The notes beneath the pieces were generated by a model. It ran no database searches and was not told where the DNA came from. It worked only from the letters and a program-made list of their open reading frames with translations. Made by a program: the position numbers and the translations under genes. From Psammoneis japonica (lineage: Eukaryota), in NCBI GenBank assembly GCA_008632985.1, contig QPGO01000210.1, forward strand, positions 76,365 through 117,071: 40,707 nucleotides of DNA. The letters run 5' to 3'. Shown here piece after piece: positions 1 through 12,243 of the stretch (position 1 is the stretch's first letter; the number at the start of each line of letters is the position of its first letter).

Positions 1-2560
1 GCTCCAGCCCCCTCTTCAGGCCAAAAGAAGGCCAAGCTGTTCTTGCAGATTGCTTTGATTGAGAACCATGCTGCAGGTGCTGGTTGTTGTGGCAAATCCA
101 TCACAAAAACTTGCACCCCAACTGGTGCCAACTCTTGAGCAAGCTTGCTGAGATGGAAGGTGTCAAGGGCTGGGCCTTGATCAACAAGTCCATTGCTGTG
201 AAGGCTTGTGCTGCATTGAGCCAAACAACCCTTGAAGCAATTCTGGCAGAAATTGTTGAAATGGTCAGAGTGACCCACACATCCAATCATCATGGTGGAA
301 ACCAGACAAATTCTTTTGCCAACAGGAGTCAAGGAACCAACTCCAACAGAAGAAACCAACAGCCCAACACTGCATGTCCCGTGCACAGCATTTTACAAGC
401 AGCATCAACAAAGCTGTGCCAACCGTGGTCAACAATGGCAAGGCTCCAACAGTCACAACCAGAGCAATCAGAAGACTCAGCCAAACCATCAACACAATGC
501 AAGGAGTTGTTCTCATCAGTTGGGAAGAGAACAATCAAGTTCAGAGTCAACCTGCTCATTCAACTCAAGTTTGTTTGTTTGTTTGTTTGAACCCAAGCAA
601 TGCTGACAGCACATTGTTGCAAGACATCAACAAAATCTCTGATGTGTTTGAAGTGATGAGCACTGTTCAAGAGCCCCAACCAAAAGTGCTGGACCCTGCA
701 ACAACTGCAAAAGTGACAGCTCAGTTTCTCAATGATGGAACAGGCCAGAGCAAATGTCACCTTGGCCTGCTCAACACTGGGGCACGTGGTGATTTTGTCA
801 AGCGTGATGCACTCAAGTCTGTTCCTCATTCCATCAAAGGGGCTGTGGGTGCAAAAGTCAATGGAGGGTGCAAAGCGATCAAATCTTCCCAGCTTCCCAA
901 CATTGAAGTCAAGCTTCTGGAATTTACAAGCATGAAGAAGCATCTGCCAATGCTTGCATCAAAGAGAAGCAAGGCAACTGGGTGCCTTGATGTTGTCATT
1001 GGCGCTGCTGAGCACACCAAAGCAATGGCATTGTCCGCAACTTCAAGACAGACTGCCTGTTGCACAGGATGATGTTGCTGTCCCAACGTGTCCAGAAGGG
1101 TTGATGGACCAAAACAAGGCTTTGCCTGACTTTGTGCTGGCTGCCACACAATGTCAGACTTGCACCATTTGAAGCAATGAGTGTGTGAGCAGCTCAGTTG
1201 TCAGAAGATGGCATCATGGTGCAATGATTTGACAGCAGAAAGTCAAAAAGAAGATCTGTTGGAATTGATTGGATGTCATCCCAGTTCAGTTGATGAAGCT
1301 CTTTGTGAAGCTCCTGGACCTCTGAACATGCTCTGAGTCAAGCCTGGTGCTGAGCCTTGTTGTGCCAGAGCTTGTGTCATTCCTCAAGCTCTTTGTCCCA
1401 TTGCAAGGGAAGAAGTTTTGATGAGCTTGAAATTGTTGGCATTGTTGCTTGCAATGTTGCTTTTAAGTGGGGCAAGCCATGTTTGTTCTCACCAAAGGAA
1501 AACAGTGGAGTCCAACATGTCTTAACCAACTTGAAGCACCCCAACTCATGTCTCACAAGTCACCCTCATCTGATGTCAAACCCTGATGATGTGATTTGGA
1601 AAATCAACAGGTTTGCATGGGTGCTTGCTTTGATCTCAACCACATGGCCATCATCATTCTTTTGTTCTTGACTGCCAGTCAAGCAAGCTCTGAGCAACCA
1701 TCTTGCCATGGGGCAAGTGTTGTCAGCCACCCTCAACTCCCTCAAGGAGCCACGCCTTCAAGAAGTGACATCTTTCAAGCTTTTGTGAGCCAGTGCTTTG
1801 GTGATGCAGAAGACACCGCTGCTTTCTTTGACAATGTTCTTTTGTTTGCAAAATCAGCCTTTGTTCAGCACCTTCTTCAAAAACTTGTCAAGAATGACCT
1901 TTGCACACACATTGAAGGAACTTTTCTTGCTGGTGCCAAGGTTGGCATTTTTGGGACATCATGTCAAAAGGAAGGGTGTCACGCCTCAGAAGCAGAAAAT
2001 TGTTCCCATTTTTTTGCTTTGCTTCTCCCAAAAACAGAAGTCAGCTGAGGTCATTTAATGGATTCACAAATTTCCATGAGAAATTGTGGCATTGCAAGAG
2101 ACACACACCACGACACCTCTGATGGCTGTGGTCACTCCCAAGATCAAGCTCAAGTGGTCTGAAGTCAAAGAGCAATCTTTCCAAGCCATGAAGAAAATCA
2201 TTGCTTGCCAAGTCTTGTTGCACTTTCCTGATTTCAGCACAACTTCTGCATCTACCCTGGTGCAAGTGACTGTCAACTTAGCACCACCACAATTCAAGTG
2301 TTTGAAGATGGCAAGTGGCCCATTGCACTCTGCAGTCACAAATTGTTTGAAGCTCAGTGCAGCAGAGAAGGAGTTGCTGTCCATCATCAAAGCAATGAGT
2401 GCACTTCACTTGGCTGTTGTTCAGTTCAAGTCAGAGCACATCAAACACAGGCGGCACCTCTTGTTGGAAGAGTGTTGCTGCACTTTTGAACACTGTCCTG
2501 GCAAGGACAATGTCATCACCAACAGTTTGAGCCACTGTCCAGTGATTGATCATGTCTCCA
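1..2560 (+). mobile_element. Degenerate Ty3/Gypsy LTR retrotransposon, gag-pol remnant (protease, RT, RNase H), cut by the window start
   Basis: Motif remnants in Gypsy order across several frames: protease LLNTGA (ORF 374-1072); RT WGKPCLFSPKENSGVQHVLTNL and SDIFQAFVSQCFGDAEDTAAFFDNVLLF; linker KWSEVKEQSFQAMKKIIACQVLLHFPDFS; RNase H PIALCSHKL, AEKELLSII, LLLEECCCTFEHCPGKDNVITNSLSH. Many frameshifts and stops; no integrase or LTR pair recognised. Confidence 0.85.
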
Positions 2561-4620
2561 CTGATTGCTTTGAAGAAGCCATGACCTTGGGCTGTCTGGC
2601 TGGGGAAGCAAGTGCTGCGGGTGTGCATGCTTTTTTTGTGCATGTGTCCTGTTCTCATTTCTCAGTGATCTTCAGATTTTTCTCTGTCTTTTCATCAAGT
2701 CATTTCAGTGGCTTGTCTCTTTTGCAAAACAAGTCTTTTCAATGACTTGTTGCATGTGTCTGGGCTTGGTTTGCATTCCGCACAATTCTGTGAGATGTCC
2801 AAGAGAGCAGCTCCAAGGGACCTGTTCTGTCTCATCTCACAACTCAAGCATCTGGGTGGTTGAGCCTCATTTCACTCACAATTGGCCTCTGAGGACAATT
2901 CATTTTTCATTTCCATGTGTGCTTCCTCCACATTGTCAAACAGCACAAGTGTTTCAGTCAGTTTTGTGGACAAGCAGTGAAACAGGGTCCAAAGTTGATG
3001 CCATCGTGTGGGCTGAGTTTCGCTTCTTCTCTCACGTGTCTTCTTGAACTCAAGTGCCGCCAACGAATGTTTTGCACAATCTGTTGTGCACAATTTGTGC
3101 TCACATGTTCAAACAAAACACCACTTGTGTCTTGTTCAAGAGCCAACTTGTGTGCAAGAATGCGTGCTTTGTGTTTTTTCTTTTGGGCATCGCAGCAGCT
3201 GCAAATCGCTCATCAGAAAACTGAGCTCTTGTCTCACAGCTCCACCCCATTTGGTGATTGATGGCTTGGTGCATCATCAGTTGTGAATGCATGGGTGCAC
3301 ACATGAGACCTTTCCATGTGCCACAACAACACATTTGAAAATTGTCATGTCTCAGCTGTTGAAAATGGTGCCTCAAGTTCAGACAACGCGTTTCATGCTA
3401 AAAGGGTCATTTTTTTTCGTGCAAACACACACCCAAGTCTGGAACAAGTCTCAAGTGGAGAGTGGAAGGAGCACTTGCTTGAAAAGGTGCCCTTGTTTTT
3501 GCCACTCACAGCAAAGCAGCTGCCCACACCAGCGTTGGCAACACAGTCTGTGCGCACATTGTGGGGAAGTGGGGCCAAAGGAGGGCACACAAGAGGAGAG
3601 AGCTGCCAGGGGGTGGCAACCTTTGCGGCTTCCACTTGCCAATCATTTTCACTGTGTGTCTTTTTTCCCACTTCTCACAGTGCAAAAGATTCATTCCAAA
3701 AAAAGTGCAAGACATCATCACCCGCTTCAGTCGTGACAACAGGTGGCCGTGTCGATTTTGTGCGGCGGCGATTGGCCCGGTTTTTTCATTCATTCGGAAC
3801 CCGGAACAAGGCATTCCAGTGCGTCAGGCTCGCTCGCGAGAGGACGCACAATGACGTCAGAAAGATCAGATCGAATGAATCTTTCTGAGATTCTCGCGAA
3901 ACAAGCTCGCTCGCACGCAGAAGTCTGCGGGCCCAATGTCGCACGGATTCCCACCTGCGTCTGGAACGCGTCTGCTCCCATTTCTTGTCTCCCAGTCCTG
4001 GACAAACTCTCCCTCACTTGCTGGCAAATCAAGTGCTCTGTTGTGTGCAGTGATCTTTCTGTTGTTTCATTTCTTTGAGGTTTGAACGAGGTTTTCCACT
4101 TGATGAGCGACAGCCTGTGGTTTGGCACTCTTCCTTTGACTTCCTTTTGGCTTCCTTCATGGCTCTCATGTGAATTTTTCCCAAATGCAACTGTCCTCTG
4201 TGGTGGTGGTGTAACCAACGTGTGTGTCACCAGCAATGCCACATCAAACTCCAAGTGTTGTGTTGTGCTCTCTGCACCAACTTTTTCCGTCGGGCGTCTC
4301 CTCAGGGAGACGCCAGTTCAGGCCAATCGCGTGTGTTTCTGCCACATCTCCAAGCGGGGTGCACTGGAAGTGTGGGTCAGCTGGCGCTAGTGTTGCTGGG
4401 CAAAGGTGCAACAGCACTTAAAATTGGGTTTGTTTTTTTTTCCTCACCGACCACAGTGCGGCGTGATGTGCTGGTGCTCAGTTTCACGGCGTTCTTCTTT
4501 TTGCGTCATTCTTGCGCGAGTTCGCAGTGACGTCAGAAAGATCGGATCGGATGAATCTTTTGAGATTCCTCTCCCTCCGACCTCCGAGGCGACGCACGAC
4601 GCACGGCATCACACCATGAC
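2560..4620. repeat. TpA-depleted repeat-derived sequence, family not identified
   Basis: Same TpA-poor composition as the flanking retroelement; no recognisable protein motif; contains the 3852/4529 direct repeat. Confidence 0.5.
3852..4568 (+). repeat. Imperfect ~40-bp direct repeat (3852-3893 and 4529-4568)
   Basis: tgacgtcagaaagatcagatcgaatgaatctttctgagattc versus tgacgtcagaaagatcggatcggatgaatcttttgagattc; weaker similarity extends upstream (gcgtca...cgcgag). Confidence 0.85.
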
Positions 4621-4722
4621 ATAGACGCACTTGAACACACATAACGCTGTTTTGTTTTTCCAAGACTTGACACTTACACCAACACTTCCTTGACTAACAC
4701 ACCTCTCATACGTGTGTCTTGC

Positions 4723-7700
4723 ATGTTGGCAGTGACTGTAACTGTTTTTGTGATTTTTGTTTCATATTTCAGTACCGCACAAGCTTTTGTTGTTGTTTCA
4801 CATCATACGCTCGTTTCTGCAAAGAAAAAGTATAATTTGACTGAATTGAAAATGACTGACGATCAACACAAGTTTCATTTTGCCATTGACCGGGGCGGAA
4901 CCTTTACCGATGTTCACTGTAAGCTCCCTGATGGAACAGAACTTGTTTCCAAATTACTTTCCGAAGACCCCATGCACTACAAGGACGCTCCCACCGAAGG
5001 CATTCGTCGCATTCTCGAACAATACGATACATCCACTTCCTATACTCGTGGCAAACCCGTTTCGACGCAATCGATTGGAAGCATACGCATGGGAACGACC
5101 GTGGCTACGAACGCCCTGCTGGAGCGGGACGGTGCTCCCATGGCTCTGGTCATTACCGACGGCTTTGCCGATTTGCTCGAAATTGGAAATCAAGCACGAA
5201 GTGACATTTTTGATTTGACCTGTGCCAAACCCAGTCTTCTGTACAAGGATGTGGTGCAAATTCAGGAACGGGTCGTGTTGGAAAATTACGTCACGAGCGA
5301 ATCGGGTCTAGGAGAGGGAGTCTCGTCCCACGAGGGAATTACCGGTGAATCGGTACGCGTTTTGCAAGCTCCCGATTTGGACCAAGTCAAAAAGCAGTTG
5401 CAATCCTTGGCCGACAAGGGTATTACCAGTATTGCCATATGTCTCATGCATTCCTTTGCCTATCCACAACATGAAGTCATGATTGGTGATTTGGCCAAGA
5501 GCATGGGTTGCTTTGATCAAATCTCACTTAGTAGTTCCGTCATGCCCATGATCAAGATGGTGAGTCGTGGCCACACGGCGTGTGCTGCGGCGTACCTGAC
5601 ACCCAAAATCACCTCCTATCTATCATCCTTTCAACAAGGCTTTGATGAGAACTTAAAGAATGTGGCATTGACCTTTATGAAATCCGATGGTGGTTTGGCA
5701 CCGGTCCACGATTTTGGTGGACACCAGGCAATTCTGAGTGGACCAGCCGGAGGCGTTGTGGGATATGCCAAGACATCGTATCATCATCAAGATGACGATA
5801 TGCCCGTGATTGGATTCGATATGGGAGGTACATCGACTGATGTATCCCGATATGATGGCTCGTGGGAACTCGTCTTTGAAACAACAACTGCTGGAGTGGC
5901 TATTCAAGCGCCTCAACTGGACATCCACACGGTGGCGGCCGGCGGTGGATCCCGGTTGTTTTTGAAACGAGGCATGTTTATCGTGGGTCCAGAGTCGAGT
6001 CGAGCCCATCCTGGACCCGTCTGTTATCGCAAGAATGGGTACTTGGCAGTGACGGATGCCAACGTCGTGCTCGGCCGAGTCATTCCAGAAGAATTCCCAA
6101 GCATCTTTGGACCCAACGAAGACGAGCCACTGGATTTAGACGGAGCCAAGCAAGCTTTTTTAGAATTATCCTCGCGTCCCGAAGCTCAAGGACGATCGGT
6201 AGAAGAGTTGGCCTTTGGCTTTTTGCAAGTGGCCAATGAAGCCATGTGTCGTCCCATTCGTAACTTGACACAAATGAAGGGACACGATATCACCACTCAC
6301 AAGTTGGCGTGCTTTGGTGGTGCGGGTCCGCAGCATGCGTGTGCCATGGCCAAGGCATTGGGGATTTCCAAGGTCTTTGTTCATCGGTATGGGGGTGTAC
6401 TCTCCGCCTACGGACTATCCATGGCAGATGCGGTTCATGAAGAGCAAGAGCCGACGGCGCAAGTATACGCCAACAAGGACGGGAGTGAGGTAGACCCGAG
6501 CGGCAAGGTTCGAAATGAACGATTGACACTATTGGGTGAAAAAGCTCAGAAGGCTTTGGAGAAGCAAGGTTATGATGCCAAAGACATTGTGTTGGAGCGC
6601 TATTTGAACATGAGGTACGATGGTATTGGTAATATCGTCAGCTCTTTCGTTCCTTGTTCTTGTCTCAATCCTGTCTCTCGTTTATCATATACCTCTGCCT
6701 TGTATCGTTTCAATGTAGGTACGAAGGAACGGACAATGCTATAATGATTCAAGAAAGCAATGAAAAGAGTTACGGCGAATGCTTTGCTGCACAATACTTG
6801 AGAGAGTTTGGTTTCAAGTTGGAGGGACGAGAGATACTGATTGATGATTACCGCGTCCGTGCGGTTGTTCCGGGCCATTCGCCTCCTCAAAACGCAAAGC
6901 CTACATCGTTGGGTAGTCCACCTGCTACAGGCAAGACCCGCACCTATTTTGAAGACGGGTGGCGAGAAGTATCTGTCTATCGAATGGAAAAACTACAACC
7001 TGGACACGAAGTGGCGGGTCCAGCCATTATCGTACAAGAGATTAGTACCGTGGTGTTGGAAGTCGGTTGCACTGCCTTTGTCACGGCGGATGGTGACTTG
7101 GACATTACCGTCGACCGAGCTGTGGACCACCATGGCGATTTACGAACCAAATCTGCCGACGAAATAAAGGAGGATCCGGTACAGCTATCCATCTTTTCTC
7201 ACCGTTTCATGGGCATTGCTGAGCAAATGGGTCGAACACTTGCACGGACCGCCATTAGCGTCAATATGAAGGAACGACTGGATTTCTCGTGCGCTCTCTT
7301 CACCTTGGACGGTGGTTTGGTGGCAAACGCTCCGCACATTCCGGTTCACTTGGGTGCCATGCAGTCGGCAGTTCGCTTTCAAGTAGAGTACTGGAACAGC
7401 GAGGGTCGAGAGGGACTTCAAGAAGGCGATGTGCTTGTCTCCAACCACCCTCAGCTCGCAGGCGGATCTCATTTGCCAGATATTACTGTCATTACGCCTG
7501 TGTTTTTCAAGGGGTCCATCATTTTCTTTGTCGCAAGCCGTGGCCATCATGCCGACATTGGGGGTATTGCTCCCGGTTCCATGCCACCTCATTCAACCAG
7601 ACTGGAAGACGAGGGTGCCATGATTATTGCATTCAAGCTTGTCAAGAGTGGCAAATTCCAAGAAGAAGGTATTACCGAGATACTAGAAGCCCCCTGGAAA

Positions 7701-8763
7701 GTTAAAAGGCAACTCTGGCACCCGCAACTTGCGAGATAATCTGAGTGACTTGCGAGCTCAAGTCGCTGCCAATAATTCGGGTATCCGCCATTTACAAGAG
7801 CTGGTCGAGGAGTATGGTCTTGGCGTCGTTCAAGCGTACATGGGCTTTATTCAACACAACGCCGAAGGATGCGTTCGTACCATGTTGAAAGAGTTTGCAG
7901 AAAAGCATGGCTCCCGTGCTCACGCAATCGATTATATGGACGATGGAACTCCGATTGAATTGACAATTACAATCGACAAAGACACCGGCAGTGCCTTGTT
8001 TGATTTTACTGGTACAGGTCCACAAGTCTACGGCAATCACAATGCTCCACCCGCCGTGACGTACTCGGCTGTCATTTACTCGCTACGGTCTCTTGTTGCC
8101 CAAGATATTCCTCTCAATCAGGGTTGCTTGGCGCCCATTGAGTTTGTGATTCCCAAGTATTGTCTCTTGAATCCGTCGTCGGACGCCGGTGTCGTGGGAG
8201 GAAACGTATTGACAAGTCAACGCGTGGTGGACGTTGTACTCAAGGCATTCAAGGCTTGCGCTGCGAGTCAGGGCTGTATGAATAATTTGACCTTTGGCGA
8301 CAAGGAGTTTGGATACTACGAGACGATTGCCGGGGGCGCCGGAGCTGGAAGCACTTGGAATGGTCGCAGCGGAGTGCATACGCATTGTACCAATACTCGT
8401 ATTACCGATCCGGAAATTCTGGAACGTCGATATCCCGTCTTGTTGCGACAGTTTGCCTTGCGTCACGGTAGTGGAGGGAAGGGACAACACAAGGGCGGCG
8501 ACGGCGTCATTCGTGAAATCCAGCCATTACGTCCTCTCATTATGAGCATTCTCAGTGAACGTCGCGCTCTTCATCCCTATGGCCTTGACGGTGGTGAGGA
8601 CGGTGCTTGTGGAATCAACTTGCTCGTAAAGGAAAATGGTATTGTTGTCAATATGGGCGGACGGTGCAGCGGTACAATTACTGTTGGCGAACGACTTAGA
8701 ATTGTAACTCCCGGTGGTGGTGGATGGGGCAAATACGAAGCCTCAGGGGAAATGAACAGTTAG
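4723..8763 (+). CDS. OXP1: ATP-dependent 5-oxoprolinase (fused hydantoinase A/B type); intron 6615-6718; apparent +1 indel in the C-run at about 7690-7694
   Basis: Motifs [102 protein letters not shown]. The GT..AG intron joins LNMR|YEGTDN. Core protein starts at ATG 4852; in-frame ATG 4723 adds a presequence. Confidence 0.95.
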
Positions 8764-8826
8764 TCTAGTTCCTTGCAAATAACAATGCAATAGCATGAAT
8801 AAGGTTTTGAACAATTACAAGTGTAA

Positions 8827-8925
8827 TGGACCGAAAAATTTCGGTCCACTTTGGGTCCCTTTTCGGTCCATTGCCGCGCGTGCGCGCGACGAAAATGGAC
8901 CGAAATTGCGACATTTTTCGGTCCA
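8827..8925. repeat. Cluster of 10-bp TGGACCGAAA motifs in both orientations
   Basis: tggaccgaaa at 8827 and 8896; reverse complement tttcggtcca at 8839, 8861 and 8916; degenerate copy at 8850. Confidence 0.9.
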
Positions 8926-9159
8926 CGCTTCCCTTGCACGCACGCACGTACGGGCCGCGCAAGGTCATAATGACGTGGCATTTCCCCGCGCTATTTGTAT
9001 CGCTAAATATCTATAAATAATCTAGCCTCATGAATGAATAAAACTAATTGATGAGCCTTCCGACACGAGGCAAAAAACAAAAACATCAGCCGACCATCAT
9101 ACAACAGCAACAGACATCACGTCGTGTCGACACAAGCGAGCATCCCATTCAAAGAAAAC

Positions 9160-9609
9160 ATGACGTATGGGACAACGACTATAGACTTTGGCAAGGCAGT
9201 AGTATTGTTGTCTTGTTTCATGAATGCCGGAATGGTATTTTTCATCTACAAGGATCCAGAACGAGTTATTGCATCTCCCTTTGGCGGTTGGTGGGACCCT
9301 CTACAGAAAATAGACAACGATGAAAGAACTCATATTTACCCTCGTATATGGGCGTCTCATTTGGTCTATCAATTGGTGGTTCGACTTCATTGGGTCTTTA
9401 CCGAAGAAACGGCACCGTCCCTCTATCGGTGTGTCTTGATTTCGTACATGCTCCCGATTGCACAGTATTTTCTCGAAACAAGTTATTACGAGTCCATGCC
9501 ACCCATGGAAACATCCGAGGTTACCTTTATGATGATTCCAATATTGTCCCTATTAGTGAATTATCTCAAGTACACCGACGAGAGTGCAAGAGGGAAAAAG
9601 CTTCAATAG
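9160..9609 (+). CDS. Small multi-pass membrane protein, possibly Erg28-like
   Basis: Open frame with several hydrophobic segments. RIWASHLVYQLVVR...LYRCVLISY...YFLETSYY resembles the Erg28 pattern by eye only. C-terminal KKLQ fits a di-lysine ER-retrieval signal. Confidence 0.5.
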   Translation: MTYGTTTIDFGKAVVLLSCFMNAGMVFFIYKDPERVIASPFGGWWDPLQKIDNDERTHIYPRIWASHLVYQLVVRLHWVFTEETAPSLYRCVLISYMLPIAQYFLETSYYESMPPMETSEVTFMMIPILSLLVNYLKYTDESARGKKLQ

Positions 9610-10356
9610 CAATATGCCATAGGAGATATACGTCGTGATTGGCTTGGGGGATTTTTGTTTATGTTTTGGTTCGTGAAAGTAAATGTGAAAGTGTATATGT
9701 GAAAGTATTGGTAAAAGGTTCAGTTTTTCATAAAATAGGGAAATAGGGGATGTCAGAGGGGTAATGGAGAAAAACTAATCACAGACTCAAGGCCTCGCTA
9801 TAAGGGCGAGTTTGTCTTTTGGTCAGTGTGTTCAATCTGCATAAATACAATAACAATGTCGTGCAAAGCCACGCAATCGATTCTATTTGTGGTCGACAGG
9901 TGTATAGAACAGCTTCACTATCGTAGCCGTGCTTTGTCGACCGTAAGACCATGCTTTCAATCTCTCATCTCGGGTGGAGCTTTTTGTTGTGAGTCCTACT
10001 ACATAGTTGTTGAACGAAGAACAGCAAACACAACAAAAAGGACTTTTGATGAGCTCCTTTGCCTTTCTGTTTCGTATTTATCAACAGCATTACTCTAGAG
10101 TGCTCTTACCGGTACCTCCATAATACTGTAGCTTAGCTAGAGTCTAAGCGCAGCTAGAGCTACCATAGCTAGCTCACCGACCCACAGCAGTCTTTCCGTC
10201 TCACCACCAAACAGCTGCCGGAAGATGTCTGTGACCGCGTCCAATCAAAATTCGTGCATTTTGTCTGGTACATTTTCAAGTAGATTCTACGACAGAATCC
10301 TTTCACATTTTTTCTGCGAAAGATCCCCTCACAAAAATACCTTTTCCCTCGTGACC

Positions 10357-11712
10357 ATGGCGTTTTTTCAAACGCTGCAACTGTTGCTATTACTGTTGGG
10401 TTCTGTCCACGCCTTTATTCCAACAACAAGGACAAGGAGTATCCATAGAAATGTGTTGTATGCAGTCAAATCCACCTCTCGCATTGCTCAAGTAGGTGGA
10501 GGATTGCCTCTTTCCGATGTCGTGTTTGATCCGGAAGAACAGGGAAAACTACAGGGAAGTGGTGAATTGACGAGACGAATCGCCAGTGGATCATCGTATT
10601 ATCTGTCTGCGTCGTCTTCTTCTTCAACAACAACTTCCACACAACATGATTTACAAGACGCACAACACTGGCTCGAAGACATTGGTTTGCCACTCAATTT
10701 TGCAAAGCCACAGGCACCGGCCACCGCACCGTGTTGGGACGGACGCGTTTGATTTCGCCAGATGCCCCCGGGGATATTCAACACGTCATTCTTCAATTGC
10801 CAGAGGGATTTCACTACGTCGAGGGACAATCTCTTTCCGTCCTTCCACCCGGAGTCGATGAACGAGGCAAAAAGCACAAGCCACGGTTGTACAGTATTGC
10901 GTCGACGCGTTATGGCGACATTGTCGACGGCAATACGGTGTCTCTCTGTGTCCGACGTGCCGTCTACGTAGATCCCGAAACGGGTCTTGAGGATGAATCG
11001 AAAAAGGGAGTTTGTTCCAACTTTTTGTGTGACGTACAACCCGGTACAACCGTCAGTGTCGCGGGGCCCATTGGAAAAACCATGCTACTACCGGACGATC
11101 CAACCACCGATATCATCATGGTGGCGACGGGTACCGGAATTGCACCCTTTCGAGCCTTTTTACATCGACTATTCATGGAAAATACACTGGCGCGACACGT
11201 CTTTCAAGGAACCGCGTGGCTTATACTGGGCGTTCCAGTGACGGGTGGTTTGTTATATCCAGAAGAATTCCAAGCCATGCAACAACAAGGTATGATATGA
11301 GAATAGAAAACAAGAGAGAGTGTGTATTGTTTGGTATAGTAGTTTGTTTTTATTTTTTGAATTTGTGTCTTGTGCTCACATTTCCAATCTCTACTCGTTT
11401 TCGATCTCATCTTGCTCCATTTTTCTCATGATAGCACCCCCCGGTTCGCTTCAAATTGATTATGCCATTTCTCGTGAAATGAAAAACAAACAGGGCGGCA
11501 AACTCTATGTTCAGGACGTGCTGGCCGAAAAGGCCAATGAGCTATGGGATCGATTGGACAAGGGTGCGCACGTTTACTTTTGTGGACTCAAGGGTATGAT
11601 GCCGGGTATTTTGGAGGCGTTGGATCAAGTGGCAACCGATAAAGGAGAGGATTGGTCGGAAAAACTCAAACAACTCAAGGATAATGGACAGTGGCATGTG
11701 GAAGTATATTAA
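10357..11712 (+). CDS. petH: Plastid-targeted ferredoxin-NADP+ reductase (plant-type FNR); intron 11290-11434; one-base indel near 10730
   Basis: Signal peptide ending SVHA|FIP; motifs [45 protein letters not shown] and C-terminal WHVEVY. Confidence 0.93.
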
Positions 11713-12243
11713 TTAACTTGAATGTGGATAGATCGATGTGATTTTGAAATAGAGTAACGTTAATTGCGTGAGTCAACCTTTAGAGTAGCAATTTCGCACA
11801 TGAAACCAAAACCATGTATCACTCAGCGTGGAATGCAGGTGCCGTAATCGTTTCGAGATGAACGACTCCTCCCTTGCTCAATTCCAATCGGAAGGACGGC
11901 ACAAAGGGAGTGTTCTCGGCGCTGACGCGTTCGAAGAATCCGTCACACGACTGACAAAGCGAGGATCATAAATATATATGCAAAGTTGGATAAGTTATAG
12001 GTCGATGAGTCCCGGGTTGCCACATTTCGCTCGCCTCCGTAAGTTGGCGGTTATTGAGTGCACTCCTTTGGTCTCAGAGTCGCAAAGCGACACGCCAATA
12101 ATGTAAGAGTGTCAATCGAGCGCCACTCCATAAGAGTGACAAGAGAGAGAGAATACACTCCCTATATCTGCCATTTCTTTTCCGGCATACAACAATTTCT
12201 TCACACAATCAACCTCCGTCACGCTTCGTCGACGTCGTTCAAC

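Noticed and set aside
1..4620. Classical RIP or plain CpG decay as the cause of the odd composition
   Set aside because: RIP increases TpA, and CpG decay does not remove TpA. CpG decay is probably present but cannot explain Tyr->His/Cys.
2742..4624. Numerous 60-190 aa ORFs as real genes
   Set aside because: They overlap in all frames, have no motifs and are Tyr-free, as expected when TAA/TAG stops are lost.
7685..7700. Frameshift in oxoprolinase, with similar ones in FNR (about 10730), LRR (about 13650, 14570, 15060), PAP2 (about 15885, 16330) and the genes at 30196-31144 and 31414-33431, as programmed frameshifting or pseudogenisation
   Set aside because: Single-base indels are scattered over many otherwise intact genes, some in homopolymer runs; sequencing or assembly error is the simpler explanation.
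10128..10175. AGCT/CTAG-rich cluster upstream of FNR
   Set aside because: Short low-complexity run with no defined period or second copy in the window.
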